From: Camelus ferus
Taxonomy: Eukaryota
NCBI RefSeq assembly: GCF_009834535.1
Contig: NC_045696.1
Span: 46,254,001 to 46,318,000 of the forward strand
Direction: 5' to 3'
DNA length: 64,000 nt
The position numbers were made by a program, and so were the translations under genes. Positions 1 through 12,780 of the stretch are shown here, piece by piece (positions within the stretch are counted from its first letter, which is position 1; every line of letters begins with the position of its first letter). Below the pieces are notes generated by a model. That model was not told the DNA's origin, did not search any database, and saw nothing but the letters and a program-made list of their open reading frames with translations.

Positions 1-41
1 GATATAGAGAGTATCCAATGAAATCTCTGTCCTACATCTAA

Positions 42-230
42 CAGTGGCTCTTTATCTTGACTGCCTGTGAGAATGACTTAGGTTGTTTTTGAAAAATACT
101 ACCATCTGAGTCCCACCCCACAGCAATTAAATCAGAATCTCCAGGGGTGAAATCTGAGAACATTTTATTGTTTTTTGTTTTTTAATGTTCCAAGTGATTC
201 TAACAGGTAGCCCACAGTTGAGAGCCACTG
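42..230. mobile_element. hAT-Charlie MITE (MER5-like)
   Basis: Perfect 10-bp terminal inverted repeat CAGTGGCTCT (42-51) / AGAGCCACTG (221-230); internal AATCAGAATCTC and GTGATTCT motifs typical of MER5. Confidence 0.8.
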
Positions 231-329
231 AAAATAGAGGTTCATGAGCGCTTGAGTTCTTAAATTTAAGGGCATGTTACACATTGTTCTTTTACAACTG
301 AAAAGTGTTCCTAATTTATTGACCTTTTC

Positions 330-1290
330 TATAATGAAAAACTGCTATGAATAGCATGCTAACAGATTTTTTAAAAATACATTAACTTTATCTTTCCTTT
401 TGAGGAAAAACTAGCACTTTGATAATGAGTGAAATAATCATTGCTTTTCAAAAGGTAATTATGATATAGAGAATGGATTTTGAAAATGTGTGTTTAGACA
501 TGTTTCCATTATTTTATTGTTGGAAAAGTGATGTCATCATAGATATACAATCAAAAACTTGAAAACAAAGTTTTTCATCCAATTTAAAAAGACTTTTGTT
601 TATGTATAACTGAAAAATTGTGCTCTACACTGGAATTTGACACATTGTAAAATGACTATAACTCAATAAAAAAAGTTAAAAAAAATTTTAAAAACCAAAA
701 CAATAAAATAAAATAAAATAAAATAAAAAGACTTTTGGTGAGCTTGGGGCCCAATATTAAAAGTATAAAATCTTCATATTAATTTGTAAAGAAGTATTGG
801 TTATCATGAAGGAAGAAGGTAACATACCATATAAGCTTCAACTGAAACTTTGCAAAACTAGAGGATAGAGTTGAAAAATTAATTTCAAAATTAAAATTTT
901 TTTAGCCAATGATATATTTCTTTCATTTCAATCTCCATATTCTTGAAAGTTTTTTTCCCCCAGGAAGACAGGATTAAGATTAAATATAAAAGCAGAATTT
1001 TGGTTTGCTACATAAATAAGTGCTAAAATTTTTTCAAAAGTAATAAATCATATTTAGTAATAGTGCTCTTATTAAACATACTGACATACCATCAAAAGTA
1101 AAATAAAATAAATTATATTTAAGTATTTTATTTGTTTTAAGTCTATTTTTGAATGTTCTTTATAATACATTAAATACACTCATTTATTTATGTACTGTAT
1201 AAATACATAAATAAACATATATTGAAGCTGCATTCAAAAATGTTGGTATTGGAGAGTATATGGTCAAAGAAAGTCTAGAAAACCCGGCAC
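330..1290. mobile_element. Degraded hAT-Charlie DNA transposon fragment (interrupted by an L1 3' end)
   Basis: AT-rich sequence resembling Charlie internal region, ending in a decayed Charlie-like terminus near 1275-1290; boundaries approximate. Confidence 0.4.
599..723 (+). mobile_element. 5'-truncated young L1 3' end (camelid-type) with A-rich tail
   Basis: TATAACTCAATAAAAA polyA signal followed by (TAAAA)n tail; flanked by 14-bp TSD TAAAAAGACTTTTG at 585-598 and 724-737, at a TT/AAAA endonuclease site. Confidence 0.85.
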
Positions 1291-2640
1291 TGTGCTTTAT
1301 TTCTCCTCCCCAAAAGTTTAGTGTTCTCAAGCCATTGTACTTTCACAACATTACCTACCTATTCCTAGCAAATATGGTTAAATATTCTTTATATTGATTA
1401 AAGCTGTAAGTGTGTTGGAAGCAGGAGAAGAGGGTGGTTGTTACATAATAAAATTCAAAGCTGGTGCTTGAGAAAAATCTGAGTTGGAGATCAATAGAGT
1501 CAATTGGTCTAAAACAGCTTTGCTAGTAAGAAAACAAAAAAACCACAGCAAAAGATTTTAAATTTAGGAGTCTAAGAGAATACTCAATGTATTCAATAAC
1601 TTCTGAAGTGCATTTTGTTGTTTTAATCACAGGTAAAAAGAAATAAATATCCACCCTATTCCCAGGTTCCAAAACTGCTTCTCTGGGAAGACTCTGCTGT
1701 GTAAACTATTACTAAATTGTCTTTCTTTGTCCTTTTGGTATATGTTTTCCTAAAGACAAGGTGTAAAAAATACATTTATATCATTTTGTGGTGTAACTAG
1801 GTTTTTACTGAGAATTCTTCTATTAAATGACTTTGCTGTGAACAGAAGACTCCTAGAAAGCAGAACAAAACAAAGTGGCAGCTTACTGTAGAAAACACTA
1901 TCTATCTACGGTGCAACTCACAGGAAAGTAACTATGATTAGTGTGTATTTGAAATTCTCATGATATGTGAAAAACCAGATGTGGCTACTTAAAAAACACA
2001 TCACAATGTCACTCATCCCCAGCTATATTGCCTAAATTCCAATCCTGCGACTAGCTGAAACACTGGTTTCTGACTAGCCTTTTAATCACCGGCCTCGCCT
2101 GTCTTGTCATTGATCTTGAAAAAACCCAAACTGAATGTGTGTCATCCACTGTATCTGCCATATCATGCAAGTAGAAATTAGAGACATTAAACTTTCTGCC
2201 TCCGGGTGGTAAAACCTATGTTTAAAAAACACTTTTGAATGTGCTTTATTAATGTTAGTTCAAGAGGGAAAGATATGGACTTTTAAAAGAAATCTTAAAA
2301 TGCTAGGAAACGCTGCTTATGCAGGTGAAGAACAATTAGTGAATCGAGCCAGAGATGTTGCAACTGTGCTCTGACAGCTGAGATTTGCAGGCAGAGGCCC
2401 CAGAGGTCCCTCCTGAAACAAAATCAGATGGGTCTCCAGGCCCCTCCATTGAATTCTTCCTCTGACTCTAACATTCCACTTCCACTTAAGAATTTTTTTG
2501 AAAAATAGATTCCACTGCCTTAGGAAAAAAGTATGAACATGACTGGATATACTAATATTATGGTATTGTCTAATCCTGTATCAGTGGATGAGAAACTGGA
2601 CTGTAAAAGGAGTCAAATGAAGGCAAAGGACCTATTTCTT

Positions 2641-2757
2641 TTTTTCTTTTTTCTTTTGTTTTTTGCGGGGTTTTTTTGGGGGGGGGATTATTAGGTTTAT
2701 TTATATATTAATTTTTTAAAGGAGGCACACACAATACCACTGAGCTATACCCTCCCC
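2641..2757 (-). mobile_element. tRNA-derived camelid SINE (vic-1-like), internally deleted
   Basis: Reverse strand reads GGGGAGGGTATAGCTCAGTGGTA...CCTCC...AAATAAACCTAAT, matching the full copy at 24750; perfect 17-bp TSD CAAAGGACCTATTTCTT at 2624-2640 and 2759-2775. Confidence 0.85.
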
Positions 2758-3289
2758 ACAAAGGACCTATTTCTTACTGAAGTTCCCACGCAGGGGATAC
2801 ATTGAGGAGGAAAATTAAGGAACGACACACAGTGGGCCCCACAGAGATTTCCAATTTCTGTCTTGTTCTAAGAGATGGAAAGAGGCAGAGAAGTCCAGGA
2901 AGGTGGAGCATGGACCACAAAGAGAATATTTCAGAGGAGGAAGAAGAAGCAACTGTGTGGGTTTTCCCCTAAGTTTAAGAGTGATGCTGTGTACACAGTT
3001 AAAATTTTCTGTCTTCAAAAGTGAAGAAATAATTTTTACTTTGAATGTTTTCCATCTTAGCTTCTTGTCCTTTCTATTTTATTAATTTATTTTTAAACTA
3101 TATAAATATTGTAGTTTTATAAACCAAAGAGATGAGGAGGTGTACATTTTTAATTAAATAATTATTATGGGAATATTAGTATGTTTGTTGCTGCTGTTTT
3201 TTAAATTCAGTGTAATTTTAGAGATCACACTAAGATATATTCTGCTTTACACTCTTAACATTATATGCAGAAAAATGCAAGTTATTTAA

Positions 3290-4260
3290 CTTAATTCTGG
3301 TGACAGAATCAAAATTAGCATTAACACTGTTAAAAGTTAAAAGCCTAGTGAGAAATTTTCCTATTTTTATCAAGACATTAAAAACTCTATCAGTTATAAT
3401 CATATAGAGAAATGAAAAAATAGTAAAATTAGTATTTACTTAACGCACAATAATTTGAAACACTGAAAAGTAAAGTGTCTAATTTCTTTGTGAAAAAAAA
3501 ATCAAAATTTGAATGGTGCTTGTCCTCTCATCGCATTAACTTATGATATGAAGCACACACTGTTTCTATACTTTGGTGAACTACGGTGCTTCTAAGTTTG
3601 GCTCAGCTTTTATACTTGGCATTTTAATGTCAAGAAGTATTTCCAGAAGCTCCTCTAGTATGAAGTTGTTTGCTAGCGTCACTTTATCTGGGACGTCGTC
3701 ATTCTTTGCACCACAACCAAGCGCCTCATAGATGTCTACAAGTTCACTTTCATTATTTTTCTCTGGCTGCACATCTAGACTCTCTCGAACAGAAGTAGTG
3801 TCAGTATTCCCATGGTCAGCTCTTTCTTCTATAACTCTCTTTTACACTTGATTCAAAGTTCACTTCCAGTGCTACCGCTTTTGTTGTTTTGCTGCATGTT
3901 CATTTTTGTCGGCCAATTTCCTCTTTTGATTATCTGTTTTTGTAAAAATGTCAGGTGGATTTATCACTGGGGAGACAGGGAGGCAACACAACTACATGCT
4001 TTGCTGTTTGTGTATAAACTTAATAACAGCTGTCCAGTGACCAATCACCAACAGTCTTTGACAGCAGCAATGTGACTGGTCACTCATCACTATGTGCCTC
4101 TCCTATTTACGAAGTGATTTACGAACTGAAGAGTGAGCAACAAAGCTTGTACTTTATGTAATTAGTTACTATTAACATACTTCATTAACTAAAATTTGAA
4201 TCATGTTTTGGGGGCACTGGGTGTTATTTAAATAAACCGTGGTAACTAAAATTCCTTCAA
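3290..4260 (-). mobile_element. TcMar-Tigger DNA transposon fossil (MER97/Tigger6-like)
   Basis: ORF 3581-3772 (MQPEKNNESELVDIYE...DDVPDKVTLANNFILEELLEI) resembles the acidic C-terminal region of Tigger transposases; minus-strand end TTAGTTACCACGGTTTATTTAAATAACACC resembles the family terminus. Confidence 0.7.
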
Positions 4261-4469
4261 GAGACTTTCAGTCTTTTTTATCTGTATTTTTCTTGAATAA
4301 TCTAGTAATGCGTACCATGTTCAAGAAAAACACGGATTAGAAAGGCAAAGTCCCTCACTTCAACACATTTACAGTTTAATGGTCACCAATAGGATAATTA
4401 AATGCTTTCTGTAAACTGATGAACATAATGTTCAAAATGATGTAAAAGTTCATAGATGAGTGAAATTAC

Positions 4470-4686
4470 CCTTGGTCAAGGGACCAAAAAAGAGATAATG
4501 AAGCTAATGACATGGACAACAAACATCTTCAAGGTTATGCCAACGGCTGCTTGGATTTCCATCAAAAGGATAAAAAAATGGGGGGGGGGGGTTCCTATTC
4601 CCCTAATGTCAGTTGTCTTGCTATCATAAATGATGTTATGGTGAATAACTCCAACTTGTAATCGGAACCACGTTAAAGTGGAATTA
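4470..4686 (-). other. Weak candidate non-coding internal exon of the minus-strand transcript
   Basis: Minus strand acceptor GTGTTTTGTGTAG and donor AGG|GTAATT in non-repeat DNA; no frame open across the whole exon. Confidence 0.2.
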
Positions 4687-5554
4687 CTACACAAAACACC
4701 ATGGAGAGCTTTAAGACTGTTTATTGGTACACACTGCTGGCCTGAAAGGGCTTGTTTTCTATGCCATTAGCTTGTTATCCCTGTTTTGATCCCTCAAGCA
4801 AAGGTAATTTCACTCAGCAATGAATTTTTATATCATTTTTGAACCTTATGTCTTTTGGGTTATATTATTCTATGCAGAAAACTGGGGAAACAATCCTTAC
4901 AAAGTATTAGGGACCCATTTTTCTGAAGAACCTAAACTGGGAAAATAGTATGGATTGCTTAATTAATGCCAAGAAAAATAGTTGTCAGAGAGAACAAGAG
5001 TCTCCAAAAAACATTTTCTGAGCTTTCTGGGATGATAATCCATGTGGAAAAATTAACCACACTGGTGAAATATTTAATAGCTCAGGAACATTTTGTATTT
5101 TGAGAGCTTAAAAAAAATTCTTTGTGACACTTCAAAGAAAGAACACAAAAAAGGAATGTAGTCAGTGTGTGCTTATCATGTCCCTTCTCAGTGAGTTCCA
5201 CCGCTTAGAGCGAGGGTGTTATGTTGGGAGGAGTCAGGGTATAGAGGGGTCAAGGGTGCATTTGGTTTATGTTTGAGGTTGTATCTACATTAACATCTCA
5301 TAATCTCTAAAAAGCAAGTCATTAAAAAAATGAAATTTTGCATGTCTCAGGTTTTCCCAACCAATATGAATATAGAACTATTCTGTGCTTCTTTTGCTCC
5401 TATTCTGCTACATCTCAGGAGAATGCTATGATTACACCACATTAATGACTTTCTCCAAAAGCTTTCCAAAGCGTTAGGTGCAAAAATTAAGTGAAAATAT
5501 GGATATTATTTCAGTTTCCCTGCATAGTGGATTCACATTTGTGATTAAAAAGCG

Positions 5555-7445
5555 AAGATCTGAAGGACAAATGAGGTCACAGAGCACAATGCTGCCCCCC
5601 ACCAAATTGGAAAGGCAGACAGGCAATACAGAGCATCACAACTTACAGAACAGAAACCCCAGAGCAGAAACCCCCATGGGAATCAGTGCCAGTGTATAAA
5701 ACCTTAAACCACAATTGATGAATTGCTGGAGGCTCAGTGTGGACAAGTCTGAGAGTTTAAAGCTCCAGAAAGATTCAGTCTTGGTGGAGAGGAGTGGAGT
5801 AGGAAGGGGCAAACTGTGGGTCTCACCTCCAGGAGCTCTCCCAGGTCCTCAGTGACTAGTGGAGAAAAATTTCCTCATGCTTCTGGCAGGGGGAGGGGGA
5901 AATAACCATTTCGAAATATGCCAGAGATTTCTGTTCTTAACAAGGCTTGCTCTCAGGAGAAACTACTTTACCAGAACCTAACCTGCTGGGGTTTTATCAG
6001 GGCCTAACACACCTGGGGAAGGTAAATACTGAAATTCAGCTCCCTCTAGCCTTCCCCATGGGGAAAGGGAAATACATAATTCCAGCCCCCTCTAGCTATC
6101 CTGTTCTGCACACAAGAGGGAAAACTGAGAAGCACTGGTGAGGTCCACAATCCAGGAGCACAGGCTCATCGAAAGACTGAGACCTGTCACAAGACTGCAT
6201 CAGGTTTCCCCTTCCCCAGCACCTTGCCACCCCACCACTACAGGCCTGTTTACTGCAGTTCCTTCCTGTCAGTACATTATGACTGGATTTCAGCAAACAA
6301 CTACCAAGCATATTAAAAGGCGAAAAATATAGTTTGAAGAGATTGAGCAAATATCAGAACCAGAGTCAGATATGGCAGGTATGTTGGAATAATCAGACTG
6401 AGAATTTAAAACAACTATGATTAATAGGCTAAGAGCTCTAATGGGAAAATCAGACAACATGCAAGGCCAGATGGATAACGTAAGCAGAGAGGTGGGAATT
6501 CTAAGAACCAAAAAGAAATACTAGTGATCAAAAAGAGTGTACACAGGAACAATGAAGGTCTCTGATGGGCCCATAAGTAGGCTGGATACATGTTGAGGAA
6601 AGAATCTCCAAGCTTGGAGATACGCGATAAAAACTTCCAAAATTGACAAGCAGAGAGAAAAAAAGGGAAAAAAATAGAAGAGACTATCCAAGGACTGTAG
6701 GACAACTACATACATGTAGAGGGAGTACCAGAAGAGAAGAGGAGAAAAGAACTGAAGCAATACCAGAAGCAATAATGACTGATAATTTCTCCCAAAATAA
6801 TGTCAGGCACCAGACCACTAATCCAAGATCAGAGAACACCAGGCAAAATAAATGTCCCCCAAAAACCACACAGAGGGATATCATTTTCAAATTACAGAAA
6901 ATCAAAAATAAAGAAAAAATCCTGAAAGAAGGCAGAGGAAAAAGACACCTTACCTGAAAAGCAGCAAAGATAAGAATTACATCCTATTTCTCAGAAATCA
7001 TGCAAACAAGAAGAAGGTGGAGTATTTAAAGTGTTGAGAGAAAAACAAAAAAAACCACCCTAGAATTCTGTAACCTGTGAAATTATCCTTCAATATAGAA
7101 GGAGAAATACTCTTTCTCAAACAATAATGGAGGGAATTTGTTGCCAGTAGGCTTGCCTTGCAAGAAATGTTAAAAGAAGATTTTTAGAGAGAAGGAAAAT
7201 GATGTAGCTCAGAAACTTGGATCTACATAAAGAAAGGAAGAGCACCAGAGAATGAATAAGTAAAGGCAAAAAATCCCCTTTTATTTTTCTCAGCCTTTAT
7301 TGATCTAATTGGTTCATAATAATAACAACAACAATGTATTTGACTATGTATGCTAATGTATGTGTGTGTATACAGATACATGTATATGCTTATGTATAAG
7401 TGAAATGAATGACAGCAATGATATAAGGAACCGGAGGGAGGAATT
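5555..7445 (+). mobile_element. Ancient L1 (L1MC-like) 5'UTR + decayed ORF1
   Basis: ORF1p remnants: RDIIFKLQKIKNKEKILKEGRGKRHLT (ORF 6643-6957) and frameshifted IRITS/RIL.P..LSF/LQEMLKE motifs at ~6970-7180. Confidence 0.85.
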
Positions 7446-7680
7446 ATATATTTGTCCAAACCCATAGAATTTACAACACCAAGAATAAACTTTAATGTAA
7501 ACAATGGACTTTGGGTAAGCATATCAGTGTAGGTTCCTTGATTGTAACAAAGGTACCACTCTGGTGCAGAATGTTAATAGTCGGGGACGCTGCAGTGTGT
7601 CTGGGCAGGGGATATATGGGCACTCTGTACTTTTCTAGTCAATTTTGCTATGAAACTAAACTGTTCTAATAAATAAACTA
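7446..7680 (+). mobile_element. L1MC-type 3'UTR end
   Basis: GTCCAAACCCATAGAAT...GGACTTTGGGT...CTCTGTACTTT...AATAAA typical of L1MC 3' ends; a related copy lies at 11620-11860. Confidence 0.8.
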
Positions 7681-8064
7681 AATAACCGAATAAGGTAGTT
7701 CCTGATTTTAAAAGTGGGCATCAATCTAGTAGATAATGATAGTGTAGGGAAGAAAAGAAGAGAGAAAAAATAGAGTCCAGTAAATACCTATGATTCAAGA
7801 AAAGAGAATTAATTCACTAGAGATCGGGATGTATGAGAGAATATGCCCAAGGTGTCTATAAATGTAGAAACTGAGATCTCGAAAAAGTTTGTGGGACTAT
7901 GCTCATAAATGGAATGTCAACATAAATTGGCATAATTTATATAGCTGGGACTGAAAGAAGAGGGAAGTTAAAATTGGCATAATTATACATACACATATTG
8001 ACAATTCTACTGAGGTATATTTTGACATTGAATTGATGAAAAGTCTAAAGGAGAAATATTTTAC

Positions 8065-8247
8065 CTTCAAGAGAATTTTTTAATATATCGTAACCTGAAT
8101 AAAACATCATCCTGCTGGTTACTCCAGAATCAGCTCCATTCCCGATGACAATTTTCAGAGGACTACATTCCAAGCATCACTTCGGGTTTTGTCATTTCAA
8201 ATTTCTTTTTAAGAACCACAATCCAGATATTTAAGTATCAGATGAGA
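8065..8247 (-). other. Weak candidate internal exon of the minus-strand transcript
   Basis: Donor GAAG|GTAAAA at 8065/8064; acceptor either weak TTTGTAG at 8248 or TTTTATTCAG giving a 30-nt exon (8065-8094); contains several ATGs with short frames. Confidence 0.25.
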
Positions 8248-9816
8248 CTACAAATCAGCCATTACATGTTCAGTTTAATGGGGCCTTGACCAATCAAAAT
8301 AAATGATGAATTAACCCTCGAACCTTAATCAATACTGTTAATGTTTATTATTTAAAATATCATAATAAAATTAAATAGTACTATGAGTTTGACACACTTT
8401 AGATTAGTTTTGCTCATCTGTATTGACTTTTGTTGCTTATGTGTATTTACTTCTCCATATGTTAATTAAAACATATACACATAGATACGTACATGTTCCC
8501 CTCTTAGAATATGCTGCTCAAAATGTAAAACTCATTTTCTTTTGCTTGTTAGCATAAATTTGTTCCAAAATTCATTAATGTTCTTAATTCTTTTGGCAAC
8601 GTGTTAACTACTGACAGAAATAAAGTTGTGTTTGTATAGTCATTTTATCTACCAAACACTTGGAAAATTTTGCTTGTCTCTTAAGAAAAATTACAGTGTG
8701 GATTAAACGGCTACTTATCCATTAAAGATGATAGCTGAGTCATAAAACACATCATCCTGTTTCTTGTCTCTTTACATATTCTACTTTGCACTAAATTCTA
8801 AATTTGATAACGTAATTCTATCCTCCCTCTCTTCCTCTCCCTCTTTCTCTCTCTTTCAAATGCCAACAAAATGTTTTCTTCAGTATCTGAGCAACTAAAA
8901 TGCTACCTTACTCTACAGAGTCCTCATCCTAAGGAGTCATTGCTTAGCAGACAGGCAGCATGTGTCCCCACAGGCATATGATTCAAACCAAGAAAGAGAA
9001 AAGTCTCGCTGAAGGGACTTCCAGTCACAAAATGACACCTTCATAGATCTCTGAGAGCTCTTGGTACACTTATTTGGATTGTCGTCACTGTTTTAGTCAC
9101 TGAAATACTGCCACCTTCAGGAAGAAACGTGGGAATCTGCAACTGCAGTTTCACTGGGTTTCCTTACTTAAATCCAAACTCTGTACTTAACTATCTTTAC
9201 ACACAGCTGTGAATTATCCTGTTCAAGCTATTTTCCCAATATATCTAAATATTAGTAACCTATCTCCGTGTATCTTTTTACCTTATTATCTTTTTCCCTC
9301 AAACAACTAAGTACTACAGTGAAAAGCTGCCCAGAAATAGTAAATGGAAGACACTATTATCAATCAAATAAAAACAACTTTAATAAGACCAGGGATTTTT
9401 AGGTATTAAAAAGCATGAAGAATAAGCTCTAAGATATTTTCTGCAACCAAATAATAAAATATATATAAACATCTAGGTATACATTAAAAAAATTCCAAAA
9501 CAGTTTGTACATTTTACAAAAAAAAGTCTTTAAATCGAGGCTTCTAAAATAGAAGCTCTCTTCTCCCTTACATTCTAGCTCCTCCTTCAGTTATGGGTTA
9601 ACATAAAAATTATCAGCAGTTCCATGCCAACTTTTTTACTCTCTCTCTCTCTCCCTCTCCTTCCTTCTCTCTCTCTGCTTTCTTTTTCTTTTACAAATCC
9701 AGAACTCTTTTTTATAACCTGCTCTTGATCTAATTTTTATTACTATTATTATTAAAATTACTTTTCCCTTTGCTTATACTTTTCCCTCCTTTTTTCCCAT
9801 CTTCCTCCTCTCTTCT

Positions 9817-10068
9817 GTTTTTTTTTTAATTGGGTTATAGTCAGTTTACAATGTTGTGTCAATTTCCAGACTAGAGCACAAATTTTCATTTATACATGAA
9901 CATACATACATTCATTGTTGCATTCATTTTTCACCATGAGCTACCACAAGATCTTGTATATATTTCTCTGTGTTATACAATATAATCTTGTTTATCTATT
10001 CTACATATGCCTGTCGTATCTACAAATTTCGAATTCCCAGTCTGTCCCTTCCCATCCCTCTCCCCATT
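9817..10068 (-). mobile_element. 5'-truncated young L1 3' end (camelid-type)
   Basis: Poly-T then GTTATAGTCAGTTTACAATGTTGTGTCAATTTCCAG; 12-bp TSD CTCCTCTCTTCT at 9805-9816 and 10069-10080. Confidence 0.85.
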
Positions 10069-10349
10069 CTCCTCTCTTCTTTGGTTTATGTTTCCTTCAC
10101 CTAGAAAGTCCATTATAAGTTGCCAATTTCTTTTATGTCCTATTAGCTATGTACACAGTACCCTCTTTCTGCTTTCCCTTTATTCAAAATCCATTCCCCA
10201 TTATCAGACAATGCATCAAGTACTTTTCCAAATCAAGGTTGTTTTGTGGTTTTTTTTTTTAGTACAATTACTGTGAAATGTCACAAGCGTTCTACAAAGC
10301 ACAAATTACACAGACCAATTGGAAAGGACACATACACAAAACCTCCTCT

Positions 10350-11540
10350 TATTTTTAATTCCTAAAGTAATCCGACAGTTATAAAGATGTCAGTTCCCCC
10401 AGATTAATTTAAAATTGTGTAAATTAAAATCTCAATGTGAAAAGAAGAACAGATGAATGGAGAAGAAATGGATGGTAATATAGATAAGAATTTAACATGT
10501 GTTAAACTATCATTTTTTTAAAGTGGGGAGGATTGCTTATTTAATAAATGATGATAGAACAGTTAACTGGCTAACTATTTGAAAAAACAATAAAATAAAA
10601 TTAGATCTCCTACCTCATAATACACCAAAATAAAACCCAAACAAAGTAGAATGAACTATATTTTTAAATAAAGGTCTATTTAAAAGTACAAGTGAATATT
10701 TATTGGATTATAATGTAGATAAGGAGAAAAGAGATTGATATGTGGGTTAAGAAAAATGTAAAGCATCTCTGTTAAAAACATCATAAATATAATTAAACAA
10801 TAAACAGTAAACTTGTATAAATAATTTTCAACATTAATGGCACATAAAAGTTGAGTATCTTTATATCTAAAGATACCTTACAAGTAAGATAAATACCTAT
10901 ACAGCAAAAAATGAGCAAAAGTCATGAATATACAATTCAAAAGAAACATTCTTGTTCAATATACAATTTTAAATGTTTAATCTCAGTAATTCAAATTGAA
11001 ATAGCAAGTTTTTGCCTCTAAAATGAATAAATATTTTTAAAATTGTAAGATCTGATTTCATAAGGGTGTTGCAAAAATGGCACTCTCACATATTACCTTT
11101 TCTGGATGATAGTTTGACACTGTATTTCCAAAGTCTTAATGCTCTTACTCTATGACCTAGCAAATCCTTAGGCCATAGTTCTGCATGTCCAAAAAGAATA
11201 ATCAAGATCTAAAACAAATTTATATATAAGAATAATCACAGTAGGGACTGATAAAATAAATAAGGATACCTACATATAATTAATACTATTCAGTTATTTA
11301 TTCAATAATTATTCAAAAATTGCATTGGAAAATGCCCAAGTATTTATGAAGTGATTAACGAGAGTTATTAAGCTAGATTACAGAATAATCATAATGTATA
11401 CTTATATACACAGAGAGAAAAGTTTGAAAACACATTGTTAATTGATTTTTCTTCTGGTAAGATTATCGTTAATTTATTTTCTTTTTTAAAATACTTGTTT
11501 GTATTTTTTACCTTTCTACAATACTACATTTTAATTTGGA
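10350..11540 (+). mobile_element. Highly decayed L1 (L1ME-like) ORF2 3' part and 3'UTR
   Basis: A-rich; motifs TTAGATCTCCTACCTCATAATACACCAAAATAAA and TATGACCTAGCAAATCC typical of old L1 ORF2. Confidence 0.6.
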
Positions 11541-11619
11541 AAAAAAGTTGTTTTAAAACCATTAAAAACTCTTATTTCAATTCCATTTTAAAATCAAGTT
11601 CTAATGGGAACACAGAAAC

Positions 11620-11860
11620 ATCATATGTAAATACCCATAGAATACACATAATCAAGAATAAACTCCCACTGTAAACTATGGACTTTGGGTAATAAGATGT
11701 ATCAAAGTAGGTTCAATGATTGTAACAAATGCAAGATGTTGATAGTGGGGAAGCTATGTGTGTGGTGGGGGGCAGGGAGTATATGGGAACTCTCTGTACT
11801 TTCTGCTCAGTTTCTCTGTGAACCTAAAGCTGTTCTAAAAATTAAAGTTAAAAAAAAATT
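11620..11860 (+). mobile_element. L1MC-type 3' end fragment
   Basis: CCCATAGAAT...TGTAAACTATGGACTTTGGGT...GGAACTCTCTGTACTTTCTGCTCA...A-tail. Confidence 0.75.
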
Positions 11861-12159
11861 CCTGGAATGCAAATTGGACACAAAGTAGATCTGGCACCGC
11901 ATAACACAGAATTTTAAAACAATACTGATTAGTGTAGAAGCCTTTAAAGTATGCTGATCAGATGCATAATGAAAAGTTTAGATAACAATTGCTTTGAGCA
12001 AAACTATATCTCACATAATGAGGATGGAATTTAGACAAAAATTTTTTTCATTTGCCTTCTTATTCACATAGATGGAAGGAAAGTGACCTATAACAGCACT
12101 ATTCACTAGAAAGTTAAGAGGCGCATTAAGTAATTTTAAATTATCTGGGAGCTGCATTA

Positions 12160-12575
12160 ATATATAAATATACATGGAAATGAGTAAAATAAGTTTTAAA
12201 AATATATTTTACTTGACCCAAATATTATCTTTTTAACATGTAATCAGTATAAAAAATTATTGAGCTATTTTACCCCTTTTAATTTATTAAGTCACTGAAA
12301 CCTGATGTGAATTTTACATTTGCAGCATATCTAATTTACTTGCTAAATTTTCACTAGAAGTAGTTTAGGTTTCATAAAATGTACTGCTAAAAGAGTAGGT
12401 TAGCATACCTAAATTTTTCCAAATATAACTAAATTTTTGCACAATTGAATTGAGAATCTGTTTTCAAATTTGAATTTAAGTGAATTAAAATTAAATAAAA
12501 TTAAAAATTAAGATCCTCATTACACCAGCCACATTTCATGTGTGGCTAGAGGCTACCTTTTTGGATAGCTCTCCT
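12160..12575. mobile_element. hAT-Charlie element (MER33/Charlie5/MER3-like)
   Basis: Terminus CCACATTTCATGTGTGGCTAGAGGCTACC..TTGGATAGC typical of the MER3/MER33 group. Confidence 0.6.
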
Positions 12576-12712
12576 GGAAGTGATTACTAGTGATGTATTG
12601 ACATTGGACATGCTACTTTATGGGGGATCTTTATATGACTATACCTACTAGTCAGCAAGTTCAAATCTAAATCTTAACCATGTTAAAAGAAATGTAAATT
12701 GTGGATCCTTAC

Positions 12713-12780
12713 CTACTTTCTTGGCCTCTCTTTAATATCACTGAATAACACACATGATGAGTTATTCTTAGCAAATCTAT
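12713..12780 (-). other. Candidate 68-nt internal exon (probably 5'UTR or non-coding)
   Basis: Minus strand: polypyrimidine acceptor CTTCTTTTTTTTGTAG|ATAG and strong donor GTAG|GTAAGG; located in unique DNA. Confidence 0.55.

Noticed and set aside
1612..1640. Recursive splice site (TTTTAATCACAG|GTAAAA) on +
   Set aside because: On the opposite strand to the inferred transcript, with no supporting + strand gene in this region
3581..3772. Domesticated TIGD-like gene
   Set aside because: Short frame inside a decayed Tigger element; no intact DNA-binding or DDE domain
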